Below, in pieces: positions 11,700 to 25,805 of a stretch of 64,000 bases of DNA. Source of the stretch: Laetmonice hystrix. Its lineage: Eukaryota. Below the pieces are notes generated by a model, which worked only from the letters and a program-made list of their open reading frames with translations, searched no databases and was not told the DNA's origin. The stretch is taken from positions 49,662,001-49,726,000 of the forward strand of contig OZ249437.1 in assembly GCA_965235115.1 (NCBI GenBank), in the 5' to 3' direction. Position 1 is the stretch's first letter, and each line of letters opens with the position of its first letter. Position numbers and translations under genes: made by a program.

Positions 11700-14600
11700 C
11701 GATCGGTCTTTGTTTTACCTCCCATACAAAACTACTTCAGTATTCACAGTAGTTTCAAGATTCCACCGCCAAAACCCCCACGCGCGGCATGCTTTGGGTG
11801 GGAGTACCAAAAGCCACAGCAACCCTTAAAGGTCGCCAACGGCCCAGATACCCTTGAGGGCTTAGGGCTGGGAAGAGCACGCGTGCTTAGTTTCAAGATC
11901 CTTCTACCTCACTGCTGCCCTGTCAGAGGGGTCAGGAGGGTTCGCTGCATGGTTTCTGAATCTTCTTTCTGGATGAGATCTGTATGGCTAAAAGATATAC
12001 GACCCAAACACTGTGCCACTGGCAGAACGTCCCGGGTCTTCGTCTGGAATGAGGTCATCTCCCCCAATTAGGGCACCTCTCTTATATCCCCATGTGTCAA
12101 TCAATGTGTCAAGGATACCCAGCGACCCAGGTTTGTAACACTAATGATCAATGAATCCTAGAAAGCCACGACTCTCACATAGATGCCGTACCCTCTTGAC
12201 TCTGGTCGAGTGCTCCTGCTTTCATCTCTTCCTTTTCATCTGGATAACAAGGAGGAAAATGAAGACCTTCGGTGAAACACTCAACATAAAAAGGTGTCTT
12301 ATTGCAGTTTTCCGCTGTGCGATGGCTTTTTGCCATTCTCTTCTACTTGAGATAAAACCATCTGCCTTTTTTTCTGCTGCCTACGTCTCAATGGAAGAGT
12401 TACTGCCTTTGTGCATTACGGCGGGTAGTAATGAGAGGGTAGGAGTAGTGCTGGTAGGAACACATCCCTACTTCATTCACACACCACGCTTCACGTGGAC
12501 TTCACCGCCGGAATCAGCCCAGTAAAAACCTTCCTCTTCCAACACGTATCAATCCCACTTTGTTTCACTTTCAAGGCCGTTACTCCATGCCCTTTATATC
12601 AATCATTCTTCACCACCATCACCTCAGCGTGAGTAATTCGTAATATTTAGGGAGCTGATATTCATTTTTTGGATCCCCCTCCCCATATTTTCTGCACGTG
12701 TTTCGTGGAAAGCCATCCGCCCGGTTGAGGCTCTCCTAACCTCCGCCTGAGCTGTCTGTGGTGGCAGCTGCCAGCTGCAGTGGTAGGCTGCCAGCAGGAG
12801 GAAGCCCAGCCTCTGGCCTCCAGCTGCTGTCAGGCCCTGTTGCTGGAACCAGCAGGGCATGCGATGTCTGGTGTGGGGGCGTGCTGCGCCCATTGATTTC
12901 CAATGTTTTCTTAACAGGAAATACAAGCAAGGAAGAAGTAACGCAAGCAGGCATTATTATCACCACAGCATTCCTTTATCTTTGACCTCCTTTGCGTGTA
13001 GTCCTAATACCATGAGGCCGTCTACATAATGGATTTCCAACCCTGAAATAAGAGGGCGTATCCCGTTCTATTCTGTGTTGATGAAGTTCGGGCCTGGCTT
13101 AACCCGTTGATTATTACTGCATAAAGCACAAGATGACAAACAAGGCGATGCGATCACATCAACCGACATATCTCGTCTGGTCTGCTCTGTTCGAGAAAAG
13201 GGTCCGGTCATATCAGATCATGTCCCAAGGGAACCAAACCTTCACTGCTACTTTCACGTTAAATGTTCTAGACCTTCCATATCTACTCCACTCATGGAAC
13301 AAGTACTATCGACCGCCTGATTACTGGAAGTAAATACCATGATAAAATTCCTTTTACCAACAGTGAACACAAAGTTGAAAGTACAGTCTCCACACTTGAT
13401 CTGCAGCATGCTTTCCTCTCCAAGTTCTGACCTTCATCCTTCAATACCAGGACGGTCTCGGAGACGTGCGCACAGAACCGAACCGAACAGAGTCTTTGAA
13501 TAGCAAACCTTATACTGAACGGACCCTAACTCCAGCCCTGCCCCTGTTTCCAAACAGTTTCCATGGCTTCTGTCGGAGACCAAGCAATCGATAAAGAACA
13601 GACTACTTGAGAACCACTGGTATATATTTTCTCTCCCTTTTCGTTATAAATCTTTCGTTGCACCTTAAGGCACTCGGTTCGTTTGATCTGCTCCATCTCT
13701 GTAAATCTGCACCTTTTCCTGAGACGCTTTTCTCAGCTCATTGATCTAAAGACTCCCAACAAAAGATAAGTGGCATTTAAAGACTGCCTGACTCAAAACT
13801 TTGACAAAATCTACATCGACTGTCCCTTACTCTTTACTCCTAATATCCTGAAAAATTACTTTTCCAGTTCTACATTAACAAATGTCGGGACAGTAGACTT
13901 GAGTCGTTCTTGTAGTGGACCCAAAATCTACCAAATGAGGTAAAGTAATTAGTATAGAAAAAGGATATATTAGTTTCCCCTTGTACGTGTACTTTAAATT
14001 AATGTTGGGTCAATCTAACGTTTAGAAAAGAAATTTCATACAAAAATGGCACTGCCATATCATCAGAGCAGAGCACAAGCGCCAGTACAATGGAGCCTAA
14101 CGAATAGCTTGTTGTGTCAAGGGCTACAGGCTCTCGACTCGTTACCAGAACGGCAACAAGCACTTCACAGCAAACAACTGACAACAAATCAATGTTACTT
14201 GCCGTCTTCAGTGCTGGACTCCCCAGAATGCCTACAACTGTCTTTTCCTGAGCATTTCTTTGAAACACACCTCCTTTGTCTTGTCACAGTAACGAAGAAG
14301 AGCGAGTTGGGAAAGGTTATCGTAATCTTGAGCTCAGAAAGGAACTAGTCTATCTAAACATTCCGTCTCACTCCATATCAATCCATAAAACATTTTGCGA
14401 CATAAAAACAGCTTTGCCGCCATTTTTTCATTATTCGTAGTCATTATTCATGTATGGTATTTAAAAACTTGATGTATATTGCCTATGTCAACCTTTTGGC
14501 ACAGGTCCTGATAGACAAGAGACTACTCATTCTTTACATTGGGCTTAAAAAGAGTCAGGCACTAAAGGAGAAAAAGTCCCTCCTATGTTAGAGGGCCTCT

Positions 14601-15420
14601 TTGATCGTTCAAGAGGCCATTCACTTCCTGAAGCCCTCCTTTAGACATGTAACAGATTCTTGAAATAAAGATAACTACACTCTAACTTATCCCATTTTAA
14701 AACCAAATGAGAGCATTTTTCGACTTAAAAAGTCCCCTTGTTAAAAGCAATATTTGCCTTCCTTTCTTGAAAAAATTGACAGACCGGCCCAGTCTTTATC
14801 GCACATCAAGGTCCTCGTCCTTGCTGAGGTCCTTGCCACTTGAGGGTAAAAGTGTGTTCTTCCTGCCCAGCTCCACGCGATCTTTCTTCTTCTAAACATC
14901 TCTTGGAAGAAGAGAAATCGCGTGAAGTTTACTCTTTTCAAAACCCCAGATCTCACCAAGCCGGGAGCTCAGGTTGAAATAGCATATTAATACGGCCATG
15001 CTTTACGTCCAGCCAGGCGTGTCCGGCGACAGCTCCGGGAGTTGGGGTTTCTGGTCCCAATTAAAACCAAACTCTGAGGGCCTCAACGGGTCACTCCCGA
15101 GGTACGTATCGATTACAGCCACTTGTTATAACAATCCGTCTTTAAGGCGGGGACATGACTGGGATTTCTATAGGCTCCTCAGGAATTTAAATTCTCACTC
15201 CAAAACATGGTCCATGAGGGGAAATGATATCAAGAAATGAAATTGAAAAATAGCGGGAAAGGTTTTCTTTGTCTGCAAGTTGGAGTAGAACGCCAGTGTC
15301 AACATTTTGGCATTCCGCAAGGATATTAAGTGGGACTATCAACTGCTTTAAATCACTCACCACCGGCCGAGAGGATTCGACTTGACTTGGATAACTTGTA
15401 CTTACCTGCAAAACGGAAAA
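11700..15420 (-). mobile_element. Decayed non-LTR retrotransposon (ORF1-like region plus APE-RT type ORF2)
   Basis: GCVxPALL-like motif (~QGCVLSPxLF, 12439-12470) followed at the expected distance by KADGFIS (~YADDxxL, ~12355-12370); GIQK..LNITNY (~GIxGK..IxxLY); an upstream frame DEDLDVR*RLGRSVNFFKKGRQILL resembles L1/CR1 ORF1 DIxxxxRLG...RPILV (14700-14960). Confidence 0.45.
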
Positions 15421-15599
15421 AATGAATTTAAATACAGTCGTTTAACAACGCAGCAACACAACAAAAGGCAGAACCATCATCATGTACATCCTACAAGTAC
15501 AACCCAATTACATGTAAAATAACTTGTATATCACGCTATACCGGTTACCAAGCAAAAACAGACCCAATCTTCAGAGTTCTCCAATGGAAGTTAAAGTCG

Positions 15600-16700
15600 A
15601 TAACGACTAATTTGAAGTGATGTCACTAGATACGGCACTGGACGAGATTATCACACTGAAACAAATCATCTAGCACCTTTTATCTCACCCTCAGACTTCG
15701 GACCATATAATTTTACCAAATCCTTCCCCTCATCATGCAACTAATCTCCCTACCCTACATTTATCAGGACCCGACCCCGTCCGTATCTCCAACCCAGCAC
15801 GACCGACCTCCACACATGATACACCCATCTTGGGGGTACATGTGACCCTCTAATATACATCCTATAACGGGGGTATATTATCTCAGACTGCCATCCGTCC
15901 CATGGGGCATATTGTTTTACATCATAATAGACGGACAGAATATTTGCATACACAAGGCATTTGATTCCTTATACTATTTAAAGTGGCTTTTTACAATTGT
16001 TTTACTTTCGGAATTCACTTTATACTACGTGAAGAACTTTCCAACTCACTTAGACTTAGACTCATATGAATGTTTTTCGAACAGTTAAAATATCTTCCAC
16101 CTGAAAGGTGAACTGATAAATCATGCTTACATAAATAGAGTATCGCTTTTCGGTTCGTATTTTGCTGATTGTCAAATGATTACTTACATCATTACAACGA
16201 GGACAAAAAGATGACAGATCACTGGCAGGGAAGTGATAAACAACAAACCACAAACACTTTCCGTACCGAAGTTAACTGTATGAAAGGCACTGGCCTTCAA
16301 CACTCATCAACCCAGCCACTGTCAGATGGACTTTTTCACAGCAGAGAGAGGTTTGGTTGCTGGGTAGGAACAGATCTTTTTCTTACTCTGTGACATAATT
16401 ACTTGGTGGAGACATATCAGATTAAGGAGTGCATGTGTGCCACCTCATTACAAATCTCTGCCAGTTTTTGTTGAGGCCAATTTCAGCCCCCAAGATAGTA
16501 TAAAAAGTTAACAAATAGAAAGTTTACCGGGTCCTAAATCCTTTTTAACAGGCCACCTGGGGCGTTGTACGTCTTGCTACCTGTCAGTAACCTAATCCTC
16601 ATGATGATATTTACCTGTAACCTATTTTCAGCTAACATGATGAATCTCCAAGTTAACAAATCAGTGTCCTTGACACAAGCCAGTTTTGTCTAGCCCCCCC
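15600..16700 (+). mobile_element. Decayed Tx1/L1-like RT
   Basis: DFGPYNFTKSF (~DGLPxEFYKxF), IISDCHPSHG (~IIxxDQxGFxxG), KAFDS at 15954-15968 followed by WLFTIVLLSEF (~WxFLFxVLxxF), SDGLF (~ADDxTxF). Confidence 0.45.
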
Positions 16701-17599
16701 GTTTTGTCTCGGAAAACTAGTTTATTTCTGACCTGTGACATGATGACAAGTTCTCACTGCTTCAGTTGCAGCTTTGAATGCAGACAAGTGATACACATCA
16801 GACACCTTTGTTTGGTGTGAGCCACCTGAGCTTATTATAGTAATCGTCCTACCTTGACCCCTGTCTTACGGTTAACCATTATAAATGGCAGATACAGGTG
16901 GCCTGGCTATATAATTTCCCACCTGCATCTAGAAACTGCCTATATCTGAAACTGTATCCTCCGCCTTTCAACCACCTGAAGGTATATTTATTTATTAACC
17001 AAAAGAGAAAAAAACTTTGGGTCAGAAGTTCAAAGTAGGTGAACGGTCTCGTATGTATGACAGCAATGTGTCATTCAGTGTGAGGCTGGTTCTTTACCTC
17101 CATCCGACTGGTGACATACCTCGTCATACCACAGGAGGAACACAGCATCAGGACCTCATACTTAGGAAATTCATGCCGGCAGAAAATCGGTCAACGCCAA
17201 AAAAAGAAATACATTAATAAAACGTTTTTAACGACCTGGCTCCTGTCATTCTATTCTCGACTAATGCCCCATTCATACAGAGGACAGGAGAATGTGTTAT
17301 GACAGCGACCAGCACTCTATCACCTGCTCAGTACCGGTGGATGGGTAGGCCCCCGACTTTATTCAACTGCTTTATTATACTGCACTTCTATTACTGTAGC
17401 TCCATGGCTATTTAGGCTACATGTATACACGTTGTGAAGAACGACTTTTTCTTCTGTGTAGCCACACATGACAGACATGACAGGGGAGCACAGTGCAAGC
17501 AACAGGTTTGTTACCACTGTTGTCATCTGTTACCCATGAGGTAGCGATGATTGATAGGAAAAGGATGTTGCCTGTCATTTAGCAGTGTCCCAAGGCCGC

Positions 17600-18200
17600 G
17601 CCGCTATTCTTGATCTTTTAGGGAGCGCAAACCCTGTCCAAGCTGAAGTTAGGGCATTCCACAGGGAGAATCTCCTCCTCGTCCTCCCCTGCCGCCTGTT
17701 GGCCCATGATTACTGAGACAATGGTAAGCCACTGGTCAGCAGCACCTTCAGTCTGTAGAAACAAGTAATAGACTTGCCAAGCTTTTGTACACGCTTGGCA
17801 CTTGAGCACGTTCTCGCTCTCTAAAGTTACATAGAGAGGAGAGGGGCTCTTGTCAACGGTTTCTTGACGGTCAAATGATTAATACTACTTAACACATACC
17901 GGTATTACCGCTGGCTCTTAAAGTTAAAAGCTTTGGCTAGTGTCAAGACTATAAGGTCAGTCTCAAGATAGTCAAGGCAAAGATAAGAGGTAAAATGCCT
18001 GTATCTACAGGAAAGTAAAAACTGACAGCCAACTCGCCAGAGGCTGTGCACCTGCTTCAGGTTGGCTTTACTACAGATACACCGTAAAATGTCACTGCTA
18101 ATATTCACCGAGAAACCAACATCTAATACTGACACAGATATCCAAGATTGCCATCAGTAAACGGCAAGGTCTACATAATGCAATATTACTTAGAATAGTT
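17600..18200 (-). mobile_element. CR1/L2-group LINE RT C-terminal remnant
   Basis: ORF 17905..18135: DVGFSVNISSDILRCICSKANLKQVHSLWRVG...YRHFTSYLCLDY...KSQR (~LGVxIxxxLxWxxHIxxICSKANxxLxxLxR...YxSxVxPxLDY...IQR); RFSLWNAL (~LWNxLP) downstream. Confidence 0.55.
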
Positions 18201-18219
18201 TCCATAAGGCTATGATGTT

Positions 18220-20050
18220 TTTTTTTACGGCAACATCCCAAGATAAACCTAAAGCCGACCTTTATGTCTCTGGGTCTTCCTGTGTCTATGCTCCAATATC
18301 CTTACATGCAATTGGTCACCCATAATGTAAGAGCTACTGTGAGTCAGACTTGGCCTCTGATACTCGCCCCCGGAACCCCAGCTATGGCCTGCACCATCAC
18401 CATCTCCCCTCCAGTCAGCCTCTGCATATATCTCATTGCCTGTGTTCTCAGTGTCACACCTGCTTCACAGATACTCGAGACAGAAAACAACACAGAGACG
18501 TGTAGATGTTGGGAGCACTAACAGATGTCAAACAGATGCTGAGATGAGGCTTTTTGTTTCCTCCCTGTCCGGCCCTTTGGGCATCACAAGGTTGGATCGA
18601 TGCTTGGTGGTGGTCTAGTCCAGCCGGCCTTCTGTGGTGGCACTTACATCGATGTACTTGGCAGGGTCAGTGCATACAAATGTCAAACGGCTGACCACGT
18701 TTTTCTACCTACACAATTCATGTTGTTCCTCAGAACCACAAAAAAGACTCCCCCGGGTAAATTTGTATGCTGAGACCACTTCAAAAGATATGTTGCTCGT
18801 TAACCTACGTCAAGCTAAACTGGCGACTTCAAAGACAGAAAGTACTTGTCATGTCATGAAAGTGAATAATTACGAACGCTTTCCAAGGGCCTTGGAAATG
18901 TGCCTAGAGTGAGATCGGAGAAAGACTACCGGTACTTCACGACTACATTATTACCGTGCGAACATGTAAACTGATGCCTCAGATATGGTTCAATAAACAG
19001 TAAATAGTAAACACCTTGACTTACACCAAGCCACCCCTTCCAGGCATAATTGTCAGCATGACTCTTAAAACCAACTTAACAACTTCACTCGGGTCCTGAC
19101 AGTCCTTCTGTCTGTCTAAACATATGTCTACCGAGACGCTGTCCTCGGGCCTTAACTTCCCCAGTCCCTATACCAGAGGGCATTAGGGACACAGCCACGC
19201 CTTGAGAGCTCTTTGTCCAAACCCAGCGCGAATCATTTTACAGTGTAGGTGTCGTTAATTGCAATGGCACAAAATGTTTCAATATCATCAAAATCCAGAA
19301 AATTTTGTTGGTGAACGAGTAATGGGTTTTAGTTTTTCAATTATTATTGCATGACAGCAATGAGACTATTCAGCAAGTTTTGGCAGCTACTTAAATGAAC
19401 AGCATGGCAGCAATACATTTAATTCGTCCGATAAAACTGACATGTTAATTTGGCTGGATTTCATATGACGCCATGATCTCAAATCTTCTTTTGTGATGTA
19501 AACTTCGTTCAGTCTATTTGTCTACATGAGCCAACAATCATGTCCTCATCACCCCCTTCTAATCGTAACGACTAATATAACATAACATCGCATTCAATTC
19601 AATTAAAATTTCAAGTACTACAGTAATACATCGTACTTGACACATATCTGAGTGTTATGCAAGTCGTTGAATTGTGCAATAGACTTGTGTTATTCTTACC
19701 GTTCACCACTTTCCCTGTCACTTTTACCAACATGATGACGAGGACACTGTGAAACAGCAGCATGTTCATTGCCAGACCGAATGAGTCCAGGTCAAGACAC
19801 TGTCAAGCTAACACTGCTCTTTTGTGCTGAACCATCAGAAACTATTACCCCTTTCAGCGGGCGCCGTTTTAACAAGTGGAACAAGGCCGCTATTATCGGC
19901 CTTTAATGACAAGCCAGTTTTATCAGTACTGCGGAGACTGGCGCCAGCCAAACTCACAACAGTGATTTACTATCGAGATGTCAAATATTGGAGACAAAAA
20001 TGACGCCCAAATTAACATGGATTAATGTGGCTGGCATGAATCTTTGATCT
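18220..20050 (+). mobile_element. Decayed Gypsy pol (RT-RNase H-integrase core; Mag-like)
   Basis: DLASDTRP...CTITISPP...CIYLIACVLSVTPASQ (~DLxxAY..TIxTP..YxRLPFGVSSAPAxFQ), FGHHKVG (~LGHxIxxxG), LTSMYLAG (~LxSFLG), KLATSKT (~ASRTL), IVLDTYLS (~VxxDYFSK) and RRFNK (~ERFNRT). Confidence 0.5.
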
Positions 20051-21600
20051 TGGGTTCATTGTTCATCGGGAGCTAATGTCTGGCAGACGAGAACAAAGAC
20101 TGCCGAGGCTGTCGCCAGTCTGCGCTCACCTGGGTACTTCAGCTAAATTAGAGCAAACGGCTGGCTGAAACCGGAGCCGCCCACCGCACCGTTTGACGGT
20201 TGGAATATAGCAAGGTTCGTTGTTCTGCCAGACAGGTTTCTGCCAGGTCAGTGGTTCGTCATTAGAGGGTACTGCACTCTGTGGTTTCACCCTGCCGTCA
20301 GATATTGATACTGGGGTGCTGGAGGCACTACTCACCGTCTGCAGCTGCACCTACTCTTCCCCCCAGTTATTGTTCACGGGCGCACACGCATTGTCTATCA
20401 TCGCAGGCCCACTAAAACTCTCCAAAAGCCATACACACAGATTAACGTTATCTAAAGCTGCTCTGTAATCTAGTCAAGGAAAAGCCTGTGGTAATAATGA
20501 TGGCCCTCGACAATTGGAGGCTTGGCCAGGATTCCAGTAAATTGTTGTTTTGTAGTCGTTGTTGCTGCCCTATTGACGTCTGTTAAATGGTACGGGTATC
20601 AGTTACATGGGCATTAGCGATCGGTTCCATTTACTCTTCGTATGATTTCTGGACTCGCTCCTAACTGCTGCAGACTGAGGATACAAAAGAAGCCTTTAAT
20701 TATTCAAATCTTCTCCCAGCTAAAGTAAACACGATGTAGAAAAACTGTCCAAATCGTTTTGTCGATCCCATTTTACAATACCACGGCTACATGATTATTA
20801 GGCCGGTTAATTTCGGGTCTGATCGTCCTGCGTGTGACCACCATGAATCAAGAATTGTATTTATCGGATAAAACCGGCCTTCCAATAGTTGTCCCTACTG
20901 TTATTGTTGCTATTATCCCTGATGTAATATTGATGTTGTTGTTACCACTGTTGTTACCCACTCAATACAATGGTACCAATACAATAGTCCCAAACAATAA
21001 CACATCCATAAACTATAAACACGAATGAATGTATCAAAAGATGGCTTTCATGTCTTTGTGATATTGGGGTTTGGGATGGGTGCTATCAAATTTCAAGGTG
21101 CGAAAGACATCTGCATAATAATAAAATGTAGGCCATAAAAAACTCAAAATAACTAATACATAACACAATCACACTACTTTTTCTAATCCCTGGCCTAACA
21201 GACAAAAGAGGTAAAATTCTGAGTTATTTGGCGGGTGTATTTTACTACTTATCATCTTATGTAATAAACCAATTGTGACAACAATCTAATCAAACCAGTA
21301 TTCATTAAACAGGCTCCAGGCTATCTCTGTGTCATGTAGAGATCATTTTACGGGATAGATCTGGTGTCCTGATGACATTATAATAATCTGGTCAGATTGC
21401 GACCAGCAGATAGCTGACAGCAGGATGTCAATGTGGACATTACAATGAGGCACAGTAACCGCTCGCACAACACACGCCCGGTTATAGAGAATTTACAAGA
21501 ATCGTATTTAACCGAACCCTCCTTCAGTCAAATCTTCAAACGAGTTCGTCCTCCCACCCCACCACTCGTGTGTCCAGTGACAGGTTTTTGTCAGCCTGCG

Positions 21601-21832
21601 GTCTGAGATGGACGGTTTAGTCGACAAAGACTCACCGATCTCTGGGTGCGACAAGTACGTCTGAGATGGACGGTTTAGTCGACAAAGACTCACCGATCTC
21701 TGGGTGCGACAAGTACGTCTGAGATGGACGGTTTAGTCGACAAAGACTCACCGATCTCTGGGTGCGACAAGTACGTCTGAGATGGACGGTTTAGTCGACA
21801 AAGACTTACCGATCTCTGGGTGCGACAAGTAC
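21601..21832. repeat. Minisatellite, 58-bp unit x 4
   Basis: GTCTGAGATGGACGGTTTAGTCGACAAAGACTCACCGATCTCTGGGTGCGACAAGTAC at 21601, 21659, 21717 and 21775; one substitution in copy 4. Confidence 0.98.
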
Positions 21833-22599
21833 AGTGAAGTCAGCCCTGATAAATCTACCAGGGTCTAAACTATCCACACCTGCTTTCCATCGTTCCTCAC
21901 TCCCATTTTTCCCCTCAATGTTTGCAACCTTTTACATGGTTGACCCTAGATGTGCCAGCCATCTGCAGGGGTTGAGCTTTGGCCATAGAGTACAACATAT
22001 GTACACGTTGGAGGGCGAGTACAGCCAGTACTCCATCCTCACCGTTCCCCGCCAAGACTGTAGGTAACCTTGAACTCTGGCACTTATTTTTGATGACTAC
22101 CCCCTCCTGACAGAAAGCACCTGTAAATCTGCTCTATTTTCTCTTAAGTCAATTGAAGTAAATTCTGGCCAACAGACAATTTAATCTGAAAGGTGCAAGT
22201 TCAAAGGAAACCAAATAACCCATGTGTTTGCGTAACATATATAAGGATAGGAAATGCACCTCTCAAGTCAACCCGCTTCACAGTGTTTCAACGTTAAGTG
22301 CCTCAAGCACTTCTTAACTTTTGCTCCTACACTGCCACTTACCTCTGACAACCTTCTTAAACACCAAGTATTGCTTAATGTAATTTAGGGTGAAAGTATC
22401 AGCAGCAACTTTGCACTATTTAGCTTCATGGCCCTTTAAGTAGTTTTACTTGCTTTTATAGGTTTGCATAATGTACATAACTTTATGCAGAACTACAATT
22501 ATTAAATTGGTTTGGCCTTTTTACTTGCCATGGTTGTTTTTTATCATCCCATCCGAACTGGCACATGTTACTCAACATGTACGACCGCAGGGCCCGCCA

Positions 22600-23100
22600 C
22601 CGAACCCAATCCCAACATTAAAGGCCAATCAGCGGCAACATTCCAGTAATCCACTTAAGAAAGTACTGTTGGCCAAGTCCTCTGGGCGTGAACACTATCA
22701 ACGGTTATCTATCTTACCTGACGAGTACACCCTTGACTGGTGCTACGATACTACCTGCTAACAGCCACACATTACGACCTCCTTGCTGCCACTGAAGGCT
22801 TCGTCCTGCCGGGCCTCAGAGGTAGGACAAGGACCTAAGGTCCTAGTTAGTACTAGACATGTCTCCTCTCACGATGCCATCTTTCACTAAGTGGACCAAA
22901 ACCGACATAACAATTCGGATGGGAAGGATATACTCTCGTTCCGTCTATTATGGAGATAAGACGAAGAACTCGCACGTTGTTCTCAACAAAATGAAGAAAT
23001 ACCTGTAGGCGGATGCATCGAAAAACTATCATGGCCATTCTGTTCCACGCTGAACTTAACTACACTTCCATACTTTAATTGTCAACAATGGTCACCACAG
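22600..23100 (+). mobile_element. R4/Dong-like (RLE-type) non-LTR element C-terminal remnant
   Basis: DLLAATEGFVLPG (TEGF at 22791-22802; ~LxxETEGFxxAIQDQ), HNN at ~22907 (~RHNxV) and VLNKMKKYL*AD at ~22978 (~VLENxxxKLYWD), in the R4-clade order. Confidence 0.45.
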
Positions 23101-23299
23101 CTGCATAGTCATAGCTATGTATTGCCATTCGTCAGGTCAACACGGTCAGCGCAGACCTTTCTAAACACAGTCACAACTACATACTGCTGTAGCTTATGTC
23201 AATAAAATGGTCAAGCAGATGGTTCCGTGACATAAAATATTAGTATAAAGTATACCTCAATATTGGACCCGATCACACCGGCTTCCATTATCATCATTA

Positions 23300-23900
23300 T
23301 CTTGAACTTAATGAAACCAGATAACCTGCAAGGACATCGCCCCTTGCAAGGACATCCCCGACGCCCCCAGGACAGTTGGCCTTTTGACCTGGCACGCTCC
23401 TACCGTGGCTCTCATGATGATACATTTGGTCACCAACCTGGTGATTTATCTTACAAATCAGGCCCGGGGTCGTTACGATCAGATGGGGGTCAGAGGGGTC
23501 AGTCAGCTGGCCGACAGGGACACCACCTCCACATTTTGTCAACTGTAAACATTCTGTAGACGGTTTCTGACTTTCAGACCACAGAGAGTCACCACAACAT
23601 CGTGGAGTTTGCCGCCCGAGTGCCAGTAAAAAGTCACCGTCAGTTCTTCCTCGACAAAAAGACTTTTTCTCTCCAATTGCATTACTAGACAAACTATCAT
23701 TGCATGCGCCTACCATGACTGGTGAGCCCAGGGTTTTTTCAATGATTTATGATTTTGTTATTATATTCATATAAATCAATAGTCAGTGTGAGTAAATAGA
23801 CCAGATACCGGTCTGCTGTTGACGAGGCTCCAAACCCTTCAGGAAATCAAACATGGCCCACGATATTGAAAAATACGATGATTCATGTGTGACTGGCAGC
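23300..23900 (+). mobile_element. CR1/L2-group LINE RT remnant
   Basis: FDLARSYRGSHDD (~DLxKAFDxVSH, 23386), FRPQRVTTTSWS (~RxQRVxxxGxxS), SAVDEA (~FADD). Confidence 0.4.
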
Positions 23901-25439
23901 CTGACTGCCAATATGTGCGGCGGGTTCGTGTCGACACATCCCTGGCCACGTGGCCTGGCCAAAACGGTACCTCAACAGTAGGGTAAGATTCTGCTGAGAT
24001 TCTTAATACCCTGCATGGTTTATCCGTAATCTGTTCTCACAACAGGAAACCATGATAGGCCCAGAGGCGTCCAGTCAAGGGAAACTGTCAAAAGTATGCA
24101 TGCAGAAAATCCCCTTTTGTGAGAACCTGTGTTTGGGAATTATTACCATTTCAATGTCAGCAGAACTACTGTGTTTCCCCTTCTATTTTTTGTTTGATTC
24201 TTAAATCACAGGAACGATTAAGCTTAGTCTAAAGACACTAAGTGCTTCCACGAGGACAGTTTAAACACCTGCTAATCTAAAAGAATGACTCACTCGAAGT
24301 AGGAGAACACCATTAAGTCCAAGTGTTTGTAGAACTGATTTCCCGCTGAACTTATTTATTTTGCGTTTTTTTCCTCACATTGATTTATTCTGAGGAGAAA
24401 TGAGTTTCGTGTTTATGACTAGTAGACACCAGCACCCCAGGCCTCAGAACATTTGTCTTGTGGTCTCAACCGCAGATTTCAACTTCATACATTGAACTGT
24501 CATCGTGTGCCAACAGATCTATTTATAATATCCCTTTTTTACGGTTACGTCTTGACTGTTCCTTAAATGTCCCGTACAACAGCACCTTGAATCGCTCTAG
24601 ACCTAACGGATCCAGGCTTAAACATGAAATCTGAAATACAAAGACTCTCAAAACGACTGCCGACCTTGTAATAACTTAGATTCTCTTGACGGAAAAAAAA
24701 TCATGTCAGGTACACAGACGAAACATGATACCGCTAAAAAAAATGAGTGGGAGTCGAACACTTCATGTCTGAAACTCAGCGTAACAAACACAGATCTATG
24801 GCACCCCCACGTACCCCACAAATCCTACCACCACCTCCTGTTCTCCACCCATCCATGCTCCACAGTCTCCAACCCTTGGCTTCATTGTGACACCCCAAAA
24901 CACACACTCCTCCCACCTGGAATGCCCCCCTCCCGTCCCCGGCCATGCGGCAGCCTGACATGCATTTACATGCGTCGACTCTCCAATCATGACGATCCTT
25001 CCATTCTCCCCCCTCAGCCCTGACCCACGGCCTCATTCTGCCGGCCGTCGTTCCCCCCGGATTGTTTGGAGTCTAAATAATGCCGGGTCATGATGGCTGC
25101 CTGCGAGGCTCGAGCCTCTTGAAGCCGACGCTGTTCTTGGTAAGGGTACACGCTGCTGGAGGGTGCCAGTGTTTGGCCAGGCCCTCAACATCTCACCTCC
25201 TGCTCAGCACACCACAACAACCGGCCCAGACGACGACAACCCGCCGCACACTTCACCAACCCACCTCACCTCCCCCGGCCGGCGCCAACCGTGACCGAGG
25301 TCGGCACATCTCCTTTCAACATCACCGCTGGCGCTTTTTATAACGTCACACCTCACCCAGCCATACAAAACTCTACCAAACTTTTCTTTAGCTTTGTTTT
25401 GAACAAGAATGTGTGTACACGCATGCAATAATAAACAAC

Positions 25440-25700
25440 ATTGCAGATATACAACGGCCCATTTTAATGATTTTTGCCACCCAGAGGTGGGTCCAAGATT
25501 AATGTCCCGTTTTGGTCTCCTGTCTCACCAATTGGCAATATTTTATGCGGGGCAAATTCCTGAACATGTTCAACGGAGACTCACTTTAAAAGATTCTTTA
25601 GCAATCAGTGGCCTAAAAGGGAACTCTAAGGATTGATCACCTGACGTCTAGAGTCATCAAGAACGTGTCCTGTGAGATGTTCTGACACTTGATCCTATTC
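25440..25700 (+). mobile_element. Possible CR1 RT C-terminal remnant
   Basis: PEHVQRRLT (~LExVQRRAT) in ORF 25409..25636; single motif only. Confidence 0.25.
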
Positions 25701-25805
25701 AGCTCTGAGGGTCTCTGCTCTCCAACATCCAGCTGTAGACGTACCGATCCGGGACTTTGACTGCCCCAACCAATCAATGGGAGCAGTTGCCCAGCCTTCC
25801 AATCC

